This document shows, in pieces, positions 29,834 to 39,290 of a DNA stretch of 64,000 bases (position 1 is the stretch's first letter; each line of letters opens with the position of its first letter). The notes under the pieces are model-generated. The model had not been told where the DNA came from. It saw only the letters and a program-made list of their open reading frames with translations, and searched no databases. This DNA is from a virus (lineage: Duplodnaviria; Caudoviricetes): IMG/VR virus record IMGVR_UViG_3300044694_000083, positions 31,780-95,779 of that record; one strand, 5' to 3'. Both the position numbers and the translations under genes were made by a program.

Positions 29834-30124
29834 ATGAGCTATTCGTTTGGTATCAAGGCAGCTGACAAGGCTGCTGCAAAGGAGGCGGTCGCCGCCAAGT
29901 TCGACAGCGAAGTGGTGGCGCACCAGCCGGTGCACGTGCGCGACCGCGCCGCTGTGCTGGCCAATGTCGGCAGCGTCATTGACCTGCTGGCCGATGACGA
30001 CACCAAGGACATCATGGTTTCGGTCAACGGCTATGTCAGCTGGGGTGCAACCGTCGACGGTACGGAGCAGTTCAGCACCGTGAGCGTCAGCGCCACTGCA
30101 AGCTACGCGACGCGCGCAGCCTGA
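29834..30124 (+). CDS. Hypothetical protein
   Basis: MSYSF..SVNGYVSW; starts 11 nt after arm H. Confidence 0.65.
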   Translation: MSYSFGIKAADKAAAKEAVAAKFDSEVVAHQPVHVRDRAAVLANVGSVIDLLADDDTKDIMVSVNGYVSWGATVDGTEQFSTVSVSATASYATRAA

Positions 30125-30205
30125 TCCATCACCCGGTCGCGCCAGCACGGGCGGCCGCCCATCTGAGACGGTCTCATGATACTGAGAATTTCCTGAGACT
30201 GCTCA

Positions 30206-30222
30206 AATCGTGACGGTATCCT
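30206..30222 (+). promoter_or_regulatory. Late promoter variant
   Basis: AATCGTGA-CGG-TATCCT upstream of terminase operon. Confidence 0.55.
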
Positions 30223-30252
30223 GAAGCCTGACTTGTTGAGCTCCAGGAACCC

Positions 30253-30903
30253 ATGCCTCGCCCGAAGGAAGAACGAAAAGACGAGATCATTGCCGCCATC
30301 CGCCAGCACCTGCGACTGGTCGGCCCGCGCGACTATGATGGTCTCATGGCGAAGTACCCGGAGATGAGCCGGGCAACGTTCTACCGCTATCTCAAGGCAG
30401 CGCGCGAGCAGGAGGAGGCCAGCGCCGCGGCCCATGGAACGGGCGCGCTCCGTCTTGCGCAGCAGCGGATCCGCAGCCAGGTCGAGCCACCGGACAAGGT
30501 CCAAGCCAAGATCAAGGCGCACCTGCCCACGGCGCCGTCGCCGGCCGTGGTCGCCGCCGACCCGGTCAACGCCTCGCGCGCGTTCCAGTTCTTCGCGTTC
30601 TTCAACCAGATCGTCGGCGACGCCGAGCTGCTGCGCGGCACGGCCGTCATCAAGAACGACGACGGCACCGAGAAGGTCCGCAACCCGGCCATGCTGGAAA
30701 AGAGCATGCGCGGCCGCCTGGCGATCCTGGACACCTACCTGCACAGCGTCGAGGCGGTCTACAACATGGAGCGCATCCGAGAGCTGTATGACCTGGTGAT
30801 CGAGGAGGTGGGCAAGGCCTCGCCCGACATCCAGATGGCGGTGCTGGCGCGCCTGCGAGAGCTGGACAACCGCCGCGGCCTGACCATGAACGGGAACGTC
30901 TGA
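30253..30903 (+). CDS. Putative terminase small subunit
   Basis: N-terminal HTH (MSRATFYRY); coupled directly upstream of TerL. Confidence 0.6.
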   Translation: MPRPKEERKDEIIAAIRQHLRLVGPRDYDGLMAKYPEMSRATFYRYLKAAREQEEASAAAHGTGALRLAQQRIRSQVEPPDKVQAKIKAHLPTAPSPAVVAADPVNASRAFQFFAFFNQIVGDAELLRGTAVIKNDDGTEKVRNPAMLEKSMRGRLAILDTYLHSVEAVYNMERIRELYDLVIEEVGKASPDIQMAVLARLRELDNRRGLTMNGNV

Positions 30904-33014
30904 TGGCGTTCGGGAAGAAGAAGGCGCCCAAGGTCGACCCGTTTGGCAGCCTCGGCGAGCTGGTGGCGCAGCTCGAGGCGCGCACGGGCTTCCGCGTCGA
31001 CGTCAGCGGAATCGGCGACAAGACGTTCATCGAATGGTGCGAGGACCTGGCCGCCAAGGGCCTGAAGGTCGACGGCAAGCCGTTCCGCCTGGACGATCGC
31101 CCGGCGCTGCGCCCGATCTACGAGGCCATCCCCAGCACGCGCGAGGAGGCCAAGGACGCCATGCTGATCGCCATGAAGGCGACCCAGCTTGGCCTGACGG
31201 TGTGGGAGGTGCTGGCCAACATCTACATGGCGACGAAGTGGGAGCCGGTTTCGATCGGCATGTTCATGCCGTCGATGACCACGGCCATCCACAAGTCCGA
31301 GCACCGTTTTATGCGCATGGTGCGCTCGGCGCCCGACCTGTACCGCCTGCTGATCAACGGCCGCGACGCCGATGGCAATGCGCAGAAGGTCGGCGAGGGC
31401 AACGTGCTAACAAGGAAGGTCGGCGAGTCGCTGCTGCTGTTCCTCTGGACCACCGGCAAGGTGACGACCGAATCCGTGCCGATGGACGTCGTCACCCTGG
31501 ACGAGGTTCAGGAGATGGCCCTGGACCACATCGACAAGGTCCGGGCCCGTATGGGCGATTCCGAGGTGGCTTTCACGCTGATGCTGTCCACGGCCAACAT
31601 GCCGGACCTGGACATCCACTTCTGGTACCTGGAAGGCACGCGCGAGGTCTGGCACACCGAATGCCCGCACTGCAAAGCCATGTCCGACCTATCGGACCCG
31701 GCCGGAATCTTCCCGGACAAGTCGATCGGCTACAACACCGGCCAGCACGCCGGCGCGCCGATGAACGAATACGTCTGGACATGCCCGAGCTGCGGCGGCT
31801 GGATCCAGGATCCGCAGATCGGGCGCTACATCGTCACCAATCCGGGCGCCAACCCGAAAATCCGCTCGTTCCTGCTGCCGCGCACCATCTCGCCGAAGAT
31901 GACGCCGCGGAAGATGATCGAGGCCTGGCGCCGCGCGAAGACCGGCAACCAGAAAAAGAGCTTCTACAACCGCACGCTGGCGCGCCCGTACATCGACGCC
32001 GACCAGCTGCCGGTGACGATGGCGCACTGCCTGGCCGCCATGGAGGCCGGCATTGCCGCTGGCATCAAGTGGGAGAAGAAGCACGACGGCGCCAGCAGCT
32101 ATTTCTGCGGCATTGACCAGATGGGCGGCTTCAACGCCGTCATCATCAAGAAGCGGCTGCCGAATGGCCGCCAGGCGGTCGTGCACGTCGAGGCGGTATT
32201 CGACAACGATCCGTTCGAGCGCTGCGCCGAGCTCATGAACATCTTCCGGATCGAGGTCTGCGTGGTTGAGCAGCTGCCGAACGTGAACGATGCGCGCCGG
32301 TTCGCGAACCGCTTCCCTGGCCGCGTGTTCCTGGCCGGCTATGCCGACCTGCGCGACGACCAGATGGTGTGGGGCGACGACTTGTCGAAGTCGGACCGGC
32401 GCACGTCCGAGGACGATCGGTCGCGCTACACTGTCACGCTGAACCAGTACAAATGCATGCAGACCGCGCTGTTCCGCGTGCGTGAAGGCCACTGCATTTT
32501 CCCGAACGCCGACGACCTGGTGCAGGACGTGGTCGAGAACGGCGAGACGAAGCGGATCCCGATCCTGCGCGACTGGGTTTTCGTCCACTACACGAAGACC
32601 GCGCTCGTGGTCGACGACGGCTCGGAGACAGTCAGCGGCAAGCCGAAAAAGGACATGGAGGCGCGCAAGCTGCGCATGAAGGTCCTGAAGGTCGGCATGG
32701 ACCCGCACTACAGCTACGCCAACATGCTGTGCGACGTGGCCTGGGCCCGGTCGCACGGAACGACCACGTTTATCCTGCCCGACACAACACCAACCGGAGC
32801 GCCCGTGATCAAACCAGAAGACATCGGCGCCGCGCCGCTGATCAATGCCGTGCACGAGCTCCGCCAGGAGGCTATGGCCGGCACGTGCGGCCGCTGCACG
32901 GCCTACGACGAGACCGACGGCATGTGCATGGAACGCTGGTTCAAGGTGAAGGCCTCGGATCCGGCCTGCCCGATGTTCGACGAGGACCCGTACGCGGGCG
33001 CTGCGCCCGAATAG
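30903..33014 (+). CDS. Terminase large subunit (GpA-like)
   Basis: MKATQLGLT, TLDEVQEM, CPHC/CPSC, FYNRTLARPY, CGIDQ. Confidence 0.88.
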   Translation: MAFGKKKAPKVDPFGSLGELVAQLEARTGFRVDVSGIGDKTFIEWCEDLAAKGLKVDGKPFRLDDRPALRPIYEAIPSTREEAKDAMLIAMKATQLGLTVWEVLANIYMATKWEPVSIGMFMPSMTTAIHKSEHRFMRMVRSAPDLYRLLINGRDADGNAQKVGEGNVLTRKVGESLLLFLWTTGKVTTESVPMDVVTLDEVQEMALDHIDKVRARMGDSEVAFTLMLSTANMPDLDIHFWYLEGTREVWHTECPHCKAMSDLSDPAGIFPDKSIGYNTGQHAGAPMNEYVWTCPSCGGWIQDPQIGRYIVTNPGANPKIRSFLLPRTISPKMTPRKMIEAWRRAKTGNQKKSFYNRTLARPYIDADQLPVTMAHCLAAMEAGIAAGIKWEKKHDGASSYFCGIDQMGGFNAVIIKKRLPNGRQAVVHVEAVFDNDPFERCAELMNIFRIEVCVVEQLPNVNDARRFANRFPGRVFLAGYADLRDDQMVWGDDLSKSDRRTSEDDRSRYTVTLNQYKCMQTALFRVREGHCIFPNADDLVQDVVENGETKRIPILRDWVFVHYTKTALVVDDGSETVSGKPKKDMEARKLRMKVLKVGMDPHYSYANMLCDVAWARSHGTTTFILPDTTPTGAPVIKPEDIGAAPLINAVHELRQEAMAGTCGRCTAYDETDGMCMERWFKVKASDPACPMFDEDPYAGAAPE

Positions 33015-33092
33015 CGCCCGAACGGCGGCGCCGGCGCCCGGTTCCCTATGAAAACCCGGCCCGGCGCCCTGATTGCTACTCTGGGCGTCAGG
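33002..33092 (-). repeat. att-like site A (arm then core on + strand)
   Basis: TGCGCCCGAAT-AGCGCCCGA 33002-33021; CCCTGA-TTGCTAC-TCTGGG(CGTCAGG) 33067-33092. Confidence 0.85.
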
Positions 33093-33825
33093 CCGCGGCT
33101 GCGGTGTCAGCGGCTGAGCAGATTGAATGCTGCTGCTGCCACTCGAGGAACTTGTGCATTCCCAAGGGCTCTATTGCGCTCCAGCCTGAAGGGAATCCCA
33201 TCAGCCACTCGCTCCACTCTGGGTTCACGCGGCCAGTCGATGTGGTGGATAGTCCTTCCACTTCCGCCAGACGGCTGGCCAAAGTGTCCGACTTGCCTTT
33301 GTGGCGCCCTCCACACTTCTTCCCGATCGACGCCGTCAGCGTAGGCCAGAATCCAGATCCTCTCTCGCTCGTGCGGAGCGTCGGCATGGTGCGCTCCGAT
33401 GACGCCCCATTCCGCATCATACCCCAGCGCGGCCAGGTCCCCGAGAACTCGTCCGAGTCCTCGAGCAGTGAGCATTGGACTGTTTTCCACCCACACGAAG
33501 CGCGGTCGTACTTCGCGAACGATGCGATGCTGGTGCGACCATAGTCCACTGCGCTCGCCATCGATGCCAGCTCCCGAACCGGCTGCGCTGATGTCCTGGC
33601 ATGGAAAGCCGCCAGAAACGACATCAACAATTCCTCGCCATGGTCGGCCGTCAAAAGTTGTGACGTCAGACCAAATCGGGAAAGGTCGAAGGATTCCGTC
33701 GTTTTGTCGTTGCGCCAAAACGGTTGCTGCGTAGGCATCACGCTCAACTGCACATACGGTTTTCCATCCAAGGAGGTGCCCGCCGAGAATTCCTCCACCA
33801 GCGCCCGCGAAAAGAGCCAGCTCAT
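33088..33825 (-). CDS. Overlapping alternative-frame MTase subunit carrying motif IX
   Basis: Open 245 codons inside MTase gene; WPT and NPEWSEWLMGFPSGW; true start uncertain. Confidence 0.65.
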   Translation of the reverse strand: MSWLFSRALVEEFSAGTSLDGKPYVQLSVMPTQQPFWRNDKTTESFDLSRFGLTSQLLTADHGEELLMSFLAAFHARTSAQPVRELASMASAVDYGRTSIASFAKYDRASCGWKTVQCSLLEDSDEFSGTWPRWGMMRNGASSERTMPTLRTSERGSGFWPTLTASIGKKCGGRHKGKSDTLASRLAEVEGLSTTSTGRVNPEWSEWLMGFPSGWSAIEPLGMHKFLEWQQQHSICSAADTAAAA

Positions 33826-33829
33826 TCAT
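33107..33829 (-). CDS. C5-cytosine DNA methyltransferase, main subunit
   Basis: LFAGAGG, GGFPCQD, VENS, HERERI, ALGNA (motif X); no motif IX. Confidence 0.9.
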   Translation of the reverse strand: MNELALFAGAGGGILGGHLLGWKTVCAVERDAYAATVLAQRQNDGILRPFPIWSDVTTFDGRPWRGIVDVVSGGFPCQDISAAGSGAGIDGERSGLWSHQHRIVREVRPRFVWVENSPMLTARGLGRVLGDLAALGYDAEWGVIGAHHADAPHERERIWILAYADGVDREEVWRAPQRQVGHFGQPSGGSGRTIHHIDWPREPRVERVADGIPFRLERNRALGNAQVPRVAAAAFNLLSR

Positions 33830-33957
33830 GGTTTCCTGTAAGTAGTGTTAGATCCGGTACTTCAGCGGATCAATTGAACTGGCTCAATTTTACTCGAAAA
33901 TAAGTAATGCGTGTTGGTGGAAAGCGGGAAATGCCGTGAAGGTGCGGGTATTTCTGG

Positions 33958-34048
33958 TGCGCCCGACTAGCGCCCGAAGTCGTCAGCGCGGGCCAGCTCT
34001 CCAGGGAAAAGCCGGCCAAAAACCCAGATCCGTTATCTGGGCGTCAGG
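33958..34048 (-). repeat. att-like site B
   Basis: TGCGCCCGACT-AGCGCCCGA; CCCAGA-TCCGTTA-TCTGGG(CGTCAGG) 34023-34048. Confidence 0.85.
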
Positions 34049-34796
34049 CTGCGGCCCGTGGCATGGCGAGCTCGTACGCATGCGCGACCCTGGCATCGGC
34101 CGTCGCGAAGTGCTTGGCGTCGTCTTCCATGCCGACGAACAGCCGTCCGGTGTTGGCGCACGCGACGCCTGTCGTCCCGCTGCCCATAGCAAAGTCCAGC
34201 ACCACCTGGCCGGCATTGGTGTAGGTGCGCACCAGGTATTCCATCAGCGCCAGCGGCTTTTGCGTCGGGTGCAGCTTGCTGCGCTGCTTGTCACTGGAGA
34301 AGAACTGGACGCTGCGCGGGTAGCGGCTGGTCGAGTCGTAGACGGTCAACTGGTTGCCCTGGCCGTAGCATTCGCTCGCGACGGTCTTGCGCTTCGTGCT
34401 CTTGCGGGCGTGGCCGTGCGTCATCTGCGGATTGTAGGTTGGCTGGCGGCTGCAGAAGACAAGCACCGTTTCGTGCGCGCGCAGCGGCGCCTTCTTCGCG
34501 TTGAGGAAGCCGGTCGCATTTCCCTTCTCCCAGACCCAGTCGTGCCGGAACCACCCGGGGTTGCTCATCACCAGTGCGCTGGAAAAAGGCTGGCTGGCGG
34601 TAAACACGATCACGCCGCCCGGCTTCACGATGCGTCGCAGCTGCTCCCACATTTGATCGAGCGGGATAACCGCATCCCACGCGTTGCGCGTTGTTCCATA
34701 AGGAGGGTCACAAACAACGGCGTCCACGCTGGCCGCCGGCAGGTTACGCATCGCCTCGATGCAGTCGCCGAGGTGCAAGGTATAGGGTCTGGTCAT
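34044..34796 (-). CDS. N6-adenine/N4-cytosine DNA methyltransferase (beta class)
   Basis: DPPY, HPTQKP, VLDFAMGSGTT. Confidence 0.92.
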   Translation of the reverse strand: MTRPYTLHLGDCIEAMRNLPAASVDAVVCDPPYGTTRNAWDAVIPLDQMWEQLRRIVKPGGVIVFTASQPFSSALVMSNPGWFRHDWVWEKGNATGFLNAKKAPLRAHETVLVFCSRQPTYNPQMTHGHARKSTKRKTVASECYGQGNQLTVYDSTSRYPRSVQFFSSDKQRSKLHPTQKPLALMEYLVRTYTNAGQVVLDFAMGSGTTGVACANTGRLFVGMEDDAKHFATADARVAHAYELAMPRAAA

Positions 34797-34859
34797 AGAA
34801 AGTAGTGGAACGTCACGCCCGGCGCGTGGCCGGGTGAAAACGCGTGCAATTTAGTGAAG

Positions 34860-34960
34860 TGCGCCCGATCGGCGCCCGAATTTACCTCCTGCTGCTGGAG
34901 GTCATTGTATCATAAAAGATAAATCCCATGGGCAACCAGATTCAGCATCTGGGGGTCAGG
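34860..34960 (-). repeat. att-like site C
   Basis: TGCGCCCGATC-GGCGCCCGA; ACCAGA-TTCAGCA-TCTGGGGGTCAGG; 34947-34960 identical to attP 1601-1614. Confidence 0.88.
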
Positions 34961-34980
34961 CTCGCGCAGCGACGGAGCTC

Positions 34981-35003
34981 CGTCGTGAAACGATAATGCG
35001 GCC
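34981..35003 (+). promoter_or_regulatory. Late leaderless promoter
   Basis: CGTCGTGA-AAC-GATAAT-6nt-ATG. Confidence 0.7.
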
Positions 35004-35681
35004 ATGAGCACCATCCTCTTCATCAAGGCGCGTGACCTGCGCGACACGCACACCAGCGATATGTTTGCCACGCACCTCGAGACGCGGACGCGAAAAGATG
35101 GGGTGACCCAGCAATACCACGTGGCAGCGCCGAAGCCGGCCGCGCCTGCGCATGCTGGCCATGACAGCCGGCGCGAGGCCATGGCTGCGTTCGATGGCGA
35201 GCGCTCCGACGCTGTGGCGCTGAAGCGCGGCGACAAGTGGCTGGCCGTGCGACGTAGCGAGGCCGAGAAGCACCTGGCGGACGGCTGGAAGGATCCGAGC
35301 GGGGAGGTCGGGAAGCCGGCAACTGTCAGCGAGGCGCTGCGCGACCTGGCCGGCAGCAAGGCCAAGAGCATCGACTTCGACAGCCTGACCTACCTCAAGA
35401 ACACGGTCGGCCTGAAGGGGCTGAGCGAAGATGAGGCGCGCCACGTGGGCAACGCCATCAGCCTGATCTCGCACATGCGCGACACCGGCCGGCTGAGCGG
35501 CACGCACATGCTGCAGATCCGCGACAAGCTGCGCGGCAAGGCAGTGCTGGACATGGTCGAGCAGGTCGCCGCCCGGATGAAAGAGGTTCGCGATCCCCTC
35601 GACGCGGTGCGCGAGTATTTCTACGGCCGTGAGAACATGACCAAGGCGCTCGTCTTCCTGCGCCCTATCGGCGCCCGATAA
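35004..35681 (+). CDS. Putative internal head (cargo) protein
   Basis: N-term ILFIKA, RTRKDG hairpin, C-term MTKALVFLR; late promoter. Confidence 0.6.
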   Translation: MSTILFIKARDLRDTHTSDMFATHLETRTRKDGVTQQYHVAAPKPAAPAHAGHDSRREAMAAFDGERSDAVALKRGDKWLAVRRSEAEKHLADGWKDPSGEVGKPATVSEALRDLAGSKAKSIDFDSLTYLKNTVGLKGLSEDEARHVGNAISLISHMRDTGRLSGTHMLQIRDKLRGKAVLDMVEQVAARMKEVRDPLDAVREYFYGRENMTKALVFLRPIGAR

Positions 35682-35733
35682 CGGCGGCGCGCCAGCATCC
35701 GCAGAGAGCGGACAACCAGACTCAGGGTCTGGT
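35659..35733 (-). repeat. att-like site D
   Basis: TGCGCCCTATC-GGCGCCCGA; ACCAGA-CTCAGGG-TCTGGT 35715-35733. Confidence 0.8.
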
Positions 35734-35750
35734 GCTCGCCGCGCGGCCGC

Positions 35751-35773
35751 CGTCGTGACCCGACAATCTTTAC
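35751..35773 (+). promoter_or_regulatory. Late leaderless promoter
   Basis: CGTCGTGA-CCC-GACAAT-6nt-ATG. Confidence 0.7.
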
Positions 35774-36184
35774 ATGCAAACCATACTCTTCCTGAAGGCG
35801 CGCGTGGGCCCATACCTGCGCCGCGGCAAGTGGGTGTCCGGCTACGAGGGGCGCGCCTCGCGCGTCGAGACGCCGGCCGGTCAGCGCGACATGTTCAAGC
35901 AGCCGCCGAACCCGTTCAAAGGCGTCGACCCGGTCGCGGCGACGCCGGACCTGTTCGAGGGCCAAGTGCCGCCGAAGCAGGATCTGCCGACGGTCGAGCA
36001 CGACGGCGACACCTGGTACATCGTCAGCACGGGCGCCGTGGGTGCCGACGGCAGGGTGATGGCGCACCTGTCGAGCGCGACGCGGATGCAGGGATCGATG
36101 CCGAAGAAGGTCGTGGCATGGATCACGCCGCCCGGCCGCGCCGGCGAGCTCGCCAAGGCTATCCTGCTGATGCGCGCAGCATGA
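35774..36184 (+). CDS. Putative internal head (cargo) protein
   Basis: N-term ILFLKA, C-term LAKAILLMR; late promoter. Confidence 0.6.
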   Translation: MQTILFLKARVGPYLRRGKWVSGYEGRASRVETPAGQRDMFKQPPNPFKGVDPVAATPDLFEGQVPPKQDLPTVEHDGDTWYIVSTGAVGADGRVMAHLSSATRMQGSMPKKVVAWITPPGRAGELAKAILLMRAA

Positions 36185-36220
36185 GCCCGATCGCCTGGTG
36201 GTTCATGTGGCTGGGTCTGT

Positions 36221-37180
36221 TCACGTCACCGTCAGCATCGCCAGCGCGGCGAGAGCCTGAGCCGCCTTCGTCGGAGCGAGCAGCTTGAGCGGCAGCAGCC
36301 AGAGCAGTGTGGCGAGCGGCGTGTCTCGCCTGACGTGCTTACGGTAGAAGGCGGGGGTGATGCTGGTCACTTCCTTGAATGACGTCGTGAAGTGCGATTG
36401 GCTCGCGAACCCGCATAGAAGTGCAATTTGCGCCAGGCTTTGTTTGCTGGTTGCCAGGTAATATTTGGCGGTATCCACTCGTCGGCGTAACACGTAAAGC
36501 AGCGGTGTCCGCCCCGTCGCAGCCTTGAACGCGCGTGTGAAGTGCGATGGACTGAGGCCGAGCATAGCAGCGAGCTCATTGGATTTGATCGATCGGTCAA
36601 TATTCTGGTCAATATATGAATCGACCTGAGCGACCTCTAATTCTCCGATGGGCTCTGTCTCTTGTATCTGCCGATTCTCCCTGGTTTTGCATACAACCTT
36701 CAGAACGCGATAGACGATCGACAAAATCAGGGCATCGATCAGTGGTGGCAGGGCGATTCGTGGTGTTTCCAGAGAGATCGATTTCAGTAGCGCGACCGCA
36801 GTGGCCAGAGTCATGTTTGGCCGCACCTCGAAATACACGAAATTGCAGTCGTAAAGATCACTGTTCATGGCAAGAACGCGGTTGAACCAACGCTCCGGAA
36901 TAATCACGGCAGCCGTAATCATGGGTTCATTCGTCCGCACATGGACAGTGGTGTTTTTCGGCACAAAAAACACCGAATTGGGAGCGTATTCCTCGCGCGA
37001 ATGGTCCTCCCCATTTACGAGCAGTGATCCTTTTGCTTTTGTTTCGAGCAGGAATATCGCATGAGTGTCGAAACGAAGGGTGGCTGGTCCGATCGCATCG
37101 GTGAATACATGCACCTCCAAATCGCGGATTGATCTGACCGTGTGTGTTTCCGATTTCCAAAACGACAGAGTCTCCGGCAT
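36221..37180 (-). CDS. AraC-family transcriptional regulator (moron)
   Basis: LSPSHFTRAFK..IALLCGFASQSHFT..TPAFYR; visibly lower GC. Confidence 0.9.
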   Translation of the reverse strand: MPETLSFWKSETHTVRSIRDLEVHVFTDAIGPATLRFDTHAIFLLETKAKGSLLVNGEDHSREEYAPNSVFFVPKNTTVHVRTNEPMITAAVIIPERWFNRVLAMNSDLYDCNFVYFEVRPNMTLATAVALLKSISLETPRIALPPLIDALILSIVYRVLKVVCKTRENRQIQETEPIGELEVAQVDSYIDQNIDRSIKSNELAAMLGLSPSHFTRAFKAATGRTPLLYVLRRRVDTAKYYLATSKQSLAQIALLCGFASQSHFTTSFKEVTSITPAFYRKHVRRDTPLATLLWLLPLKLLAPTKAAQALAALAMLTVT

Positions 37181-37212
37181 TGCTACCTCCAGCTATAGGA
37201 GGCGTAACATTT

Positions 37213-37306
37213 TGCGCCCGATGGGCGCCCGAAGCCAGCCTGGGCGAGTCAAAAACTCGTGCGGAGCCATGCTTGTCGATCATGACGCCCAGATTAAAGA
37301 TCAGGG
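37213..37306 (-). repeat. att-like site E
   Basis: TGCGCCCGATG-GGCGCCCGA; (TGACG)CCCAGA-TTAAAGA-TCAGGG 37288-37306. Confidence 0.85.
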
Positions 37307-37474
37307 CGCCGACTTTCGCTCGAACGCGAAGTGGCCGAGGATCCCCAGCAGCAGGATCGCGATCACGTGCGTGCTGTAGTCGTGCACGCCGAAGGCCTGG
37401 GCCTGGTCGACGGCGAACATGCCAAACGCCGTCAGGCCGGCCACGAAGAATATTTTGCTGATCACGTTGTTCAT
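37301..37474 (-). CDS. Small two-TM membrane protein (57 aa, not in ORF track)
   Basis: MNNVISKIFFVAGLTAFGMF..IAILLLGILGHFAFERKSAP*; GAGGA RBS; stop in core E. Confidence 0.55.
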   Translation of the reverse strand: MNNVISKIFFVAGLTAFGMFAVDQAQAFGVHDYSTHVIAILLLGILGHFAFERKSAP

Positions 37475-37524
37475 TGTTCAAAATCCTCGGGTCTCGTTTT
37501 TGAGTATCGATAGTTCATGCCATG

Positions 37525-37716
37525 TCAAGTGCCAGCCTTGACAGAGTCTGCACGCCTGCGTACCGGGCTGAACTGGTTGTCCCAGTACGCCTGCCACATG
37601 GCGTTCCACGCCGCGCGCCGCGTCGTGCCGTGGCCGACGACGAATATCCGGCGACAAGTATAGACGCCGTCGCGGTAGGAGATGCGCGGCTTGATGGCGA
37701 TCACGGGCCCGGTCAT
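37525..37716 (-). CDS. Hypothetical protein
   Basis: ATGA-coupled. Confidence 0.5.
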   Translation of the reverse strand: MTGPVIAIKPRISYRDGVYTCRRIFVVGHGTTRRAAWNAMWQAYWDNQFSPVRRRADSVKAGT

Positions 37717-38039
37717 GGCATGGCCCTCCCGAACTCGACAGCAGCGTTGAATATGGCCTGTCGCATCGCTGCTGCAGTGTCGCCCTCGTAGAAATGCTTC
37801 GTCAGCGGGCCGCCCGCCGGCAGCACCTCGATTCGACGTCCGGACACGACGCGGTGCATCACGTCGAATTCAAGATAGGCCGCCAGATCCAGCGCCTGAC
37901 CGCTATCCCGCCTTGGATCCCATAACATGTCGCGTGCCACGTTCTGGCGTTGCTCGGCAAGCCACCAGAAATCCCACTCGTGCCGCTTTTTGCCGGCGGC
38001 TTTCGCCGCCAGCGCCAGGAGCTCGCGCTCATTCTCCAT
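37713..38039 (-). CDS. Conserved phage hypothetical protein
   Basis: RELLALAAKAAG..WDP..GQALDLA..RQAIFNAAVE. Confidence 0.65.
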   Translation of the reverse strand: MENERELLALAAKAAGKKRHEWDFWWLAEQRQNVARDMLWDPRRDSGQALDLAAYLEFDVMHRVVSGRRIEVLPAGGPLTKHFYEGDTAAAMRQAIFNAAVEFGRAMP

Positions 38040-38286
38040 CGCGGGCCTCCTTCCACTCCAGGAACGGCACGCGCACGATGCGATGGAAGTCGTCAGCCGC
38101 TCGTGCGTTCGTGTCGAGCTCGTTGCGGCTCTCGATGCCGCACGCGGTCAGGATGAATTCCTTGGCGGCCGCCTCGTCGAACTTGACGCCGTCGCCGGTT
38201 TCCCCGGCCAGGTGCTCCAGCCAGGCACAGAACTGCGGATCCCGGCAGAACGTGCACGCCATGATGCAGAGGTCGCGAGTGCTCAT
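38029..38286 (-). CDS. Conserved phage hypothetical protein
   Basis: CRDPQF..CGIESRNELD. Confidence 0.65.
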   Translation of the reverse strand: MSTRDLCIMACTFCRDPQFCAWLEHLAGETGDGVKFDEAAAKEFILTACGIESRNELDTNARAADDFHRIVRVPFLEWKEARDGE

Positions 38287-38440
38287 TGCGGGGCTCCATT
38301 CACCAGAAACCAAAGCAGCAGACAGCCAATCACCGCCAGACCGATCAGCGCGCGCCGCTCGCGCACCGTCAGCGGCCGCTCCTTGCGCAACGGGCAGCGG
38401 TCGCTCTGGCCGCAGTTGTGGTTGCAGCAGGTCGGGCGGC

Positions 38441-39283
38441 TCACGGTTGCACCTTGGCGATGATGTCGGACAGTTTTATTTGACGCACAACCGTTCCCTC
38501 AAGCCCGTTGTCGCATTTCATGACGGCAACGTAGCACGCGTCACGCACCGCCTCGGCGATCGCCATATCGCGCCCGCCGCGGTTATCTTCGCTGCGCCGG
38601 CCAACCGGCGGGATCCACATCTCGCCGCCGCGGTCCGTGTAGCCATAGCGATAGAGCGTGCGCGTCGCGCGATCCAGGTCGGCTTGAACCTTTTCGAAAT
38701 CGGATAGCGCTCGCTCGTGCATTTCGGCCGCGACGTAGGCGTTTTTGCCGCTTACGATCGTCGGCAGCACCAGCTGGCCGTTATCCACCGCGTGGCGCAG
38801 GGCGGCGTTGGCGAAGTGCTGAAGGCTCGACATGCGCACGTCGCCCTGATCCACCTCGCGCCAGGCTCGCAGCATCTCGCCGTCCTTCATCCCCGTCACC
38901 GGGTACTGCTTCGCCGGCGCCGGCCATGCCCACAGCTCAGGGTTCATCTCGCCCCATGTCGGCCTTGCGGTGACTCGGCTGCCGTCCTTCTTGTCGACCA
39001 GTTCGTCGCCCACGAATACCGGCTTGCCGTCGATGTGGCCGAGCGGGGTCATGACGAGCGTGCGCTCCTCGGCCCGCGAGTAGTACGCCGGCATCGCACC
39101 ATTGACGTCCCACTTCATAAGCACGTCCTCTTCCTGGGTTTGGATCAGACCGAGGATGTTGCAGCAGGATCTGTCGCGGTGGTCCCACTTCAGGACCTCG
39201 ACTTTCTCGCCGCTCGCGCAGCAGAACGGCGCTCCAGCGCGCGCGTGTTCAAGGTTAAACGGTCGGCTTTCTTGTGTTTTCAT
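38441..39283 (-). CDS. Mosaic hypothetical protein
   Basis: RPFNLEHARAGAP N-terminus; starts 7 nt after arm F. Confidence 0.65.
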   Translation of the reverse strand: MKTQESRPFNLEHARAGAPFCCASGEKVEVLKWDHRDRSCCNILGLIQTQEEDVLMKWDVNGAMPAYYSRAEERTLVMTPLGHIDGKPVFVGDELVDKKDGSRVTARPTWGEMNPELWAWPAPAKQYPVTGMKDGEMLRAWREVDQGDVRMSSLQHFANAALRHAVDNGQLVLPTIVSGKNAYVAAEMHERALSDFEKVQADLDRATRTLYRYGYTDRGGEMWIPPVGRRSEDNRGGRDMAIAEAVRDACYVAVMKCDNGLEGTVVRQIKLSDIIAKVQP

Positions 39284-39290
39284 TGTGCGT

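Noticed and set aside
30119-30137. Possible eleventh core GCCTGA-TCCATCA-CCCGG at a stop codon
   Set aside because: Right half degenerate and no arm repeat at the expected distance.
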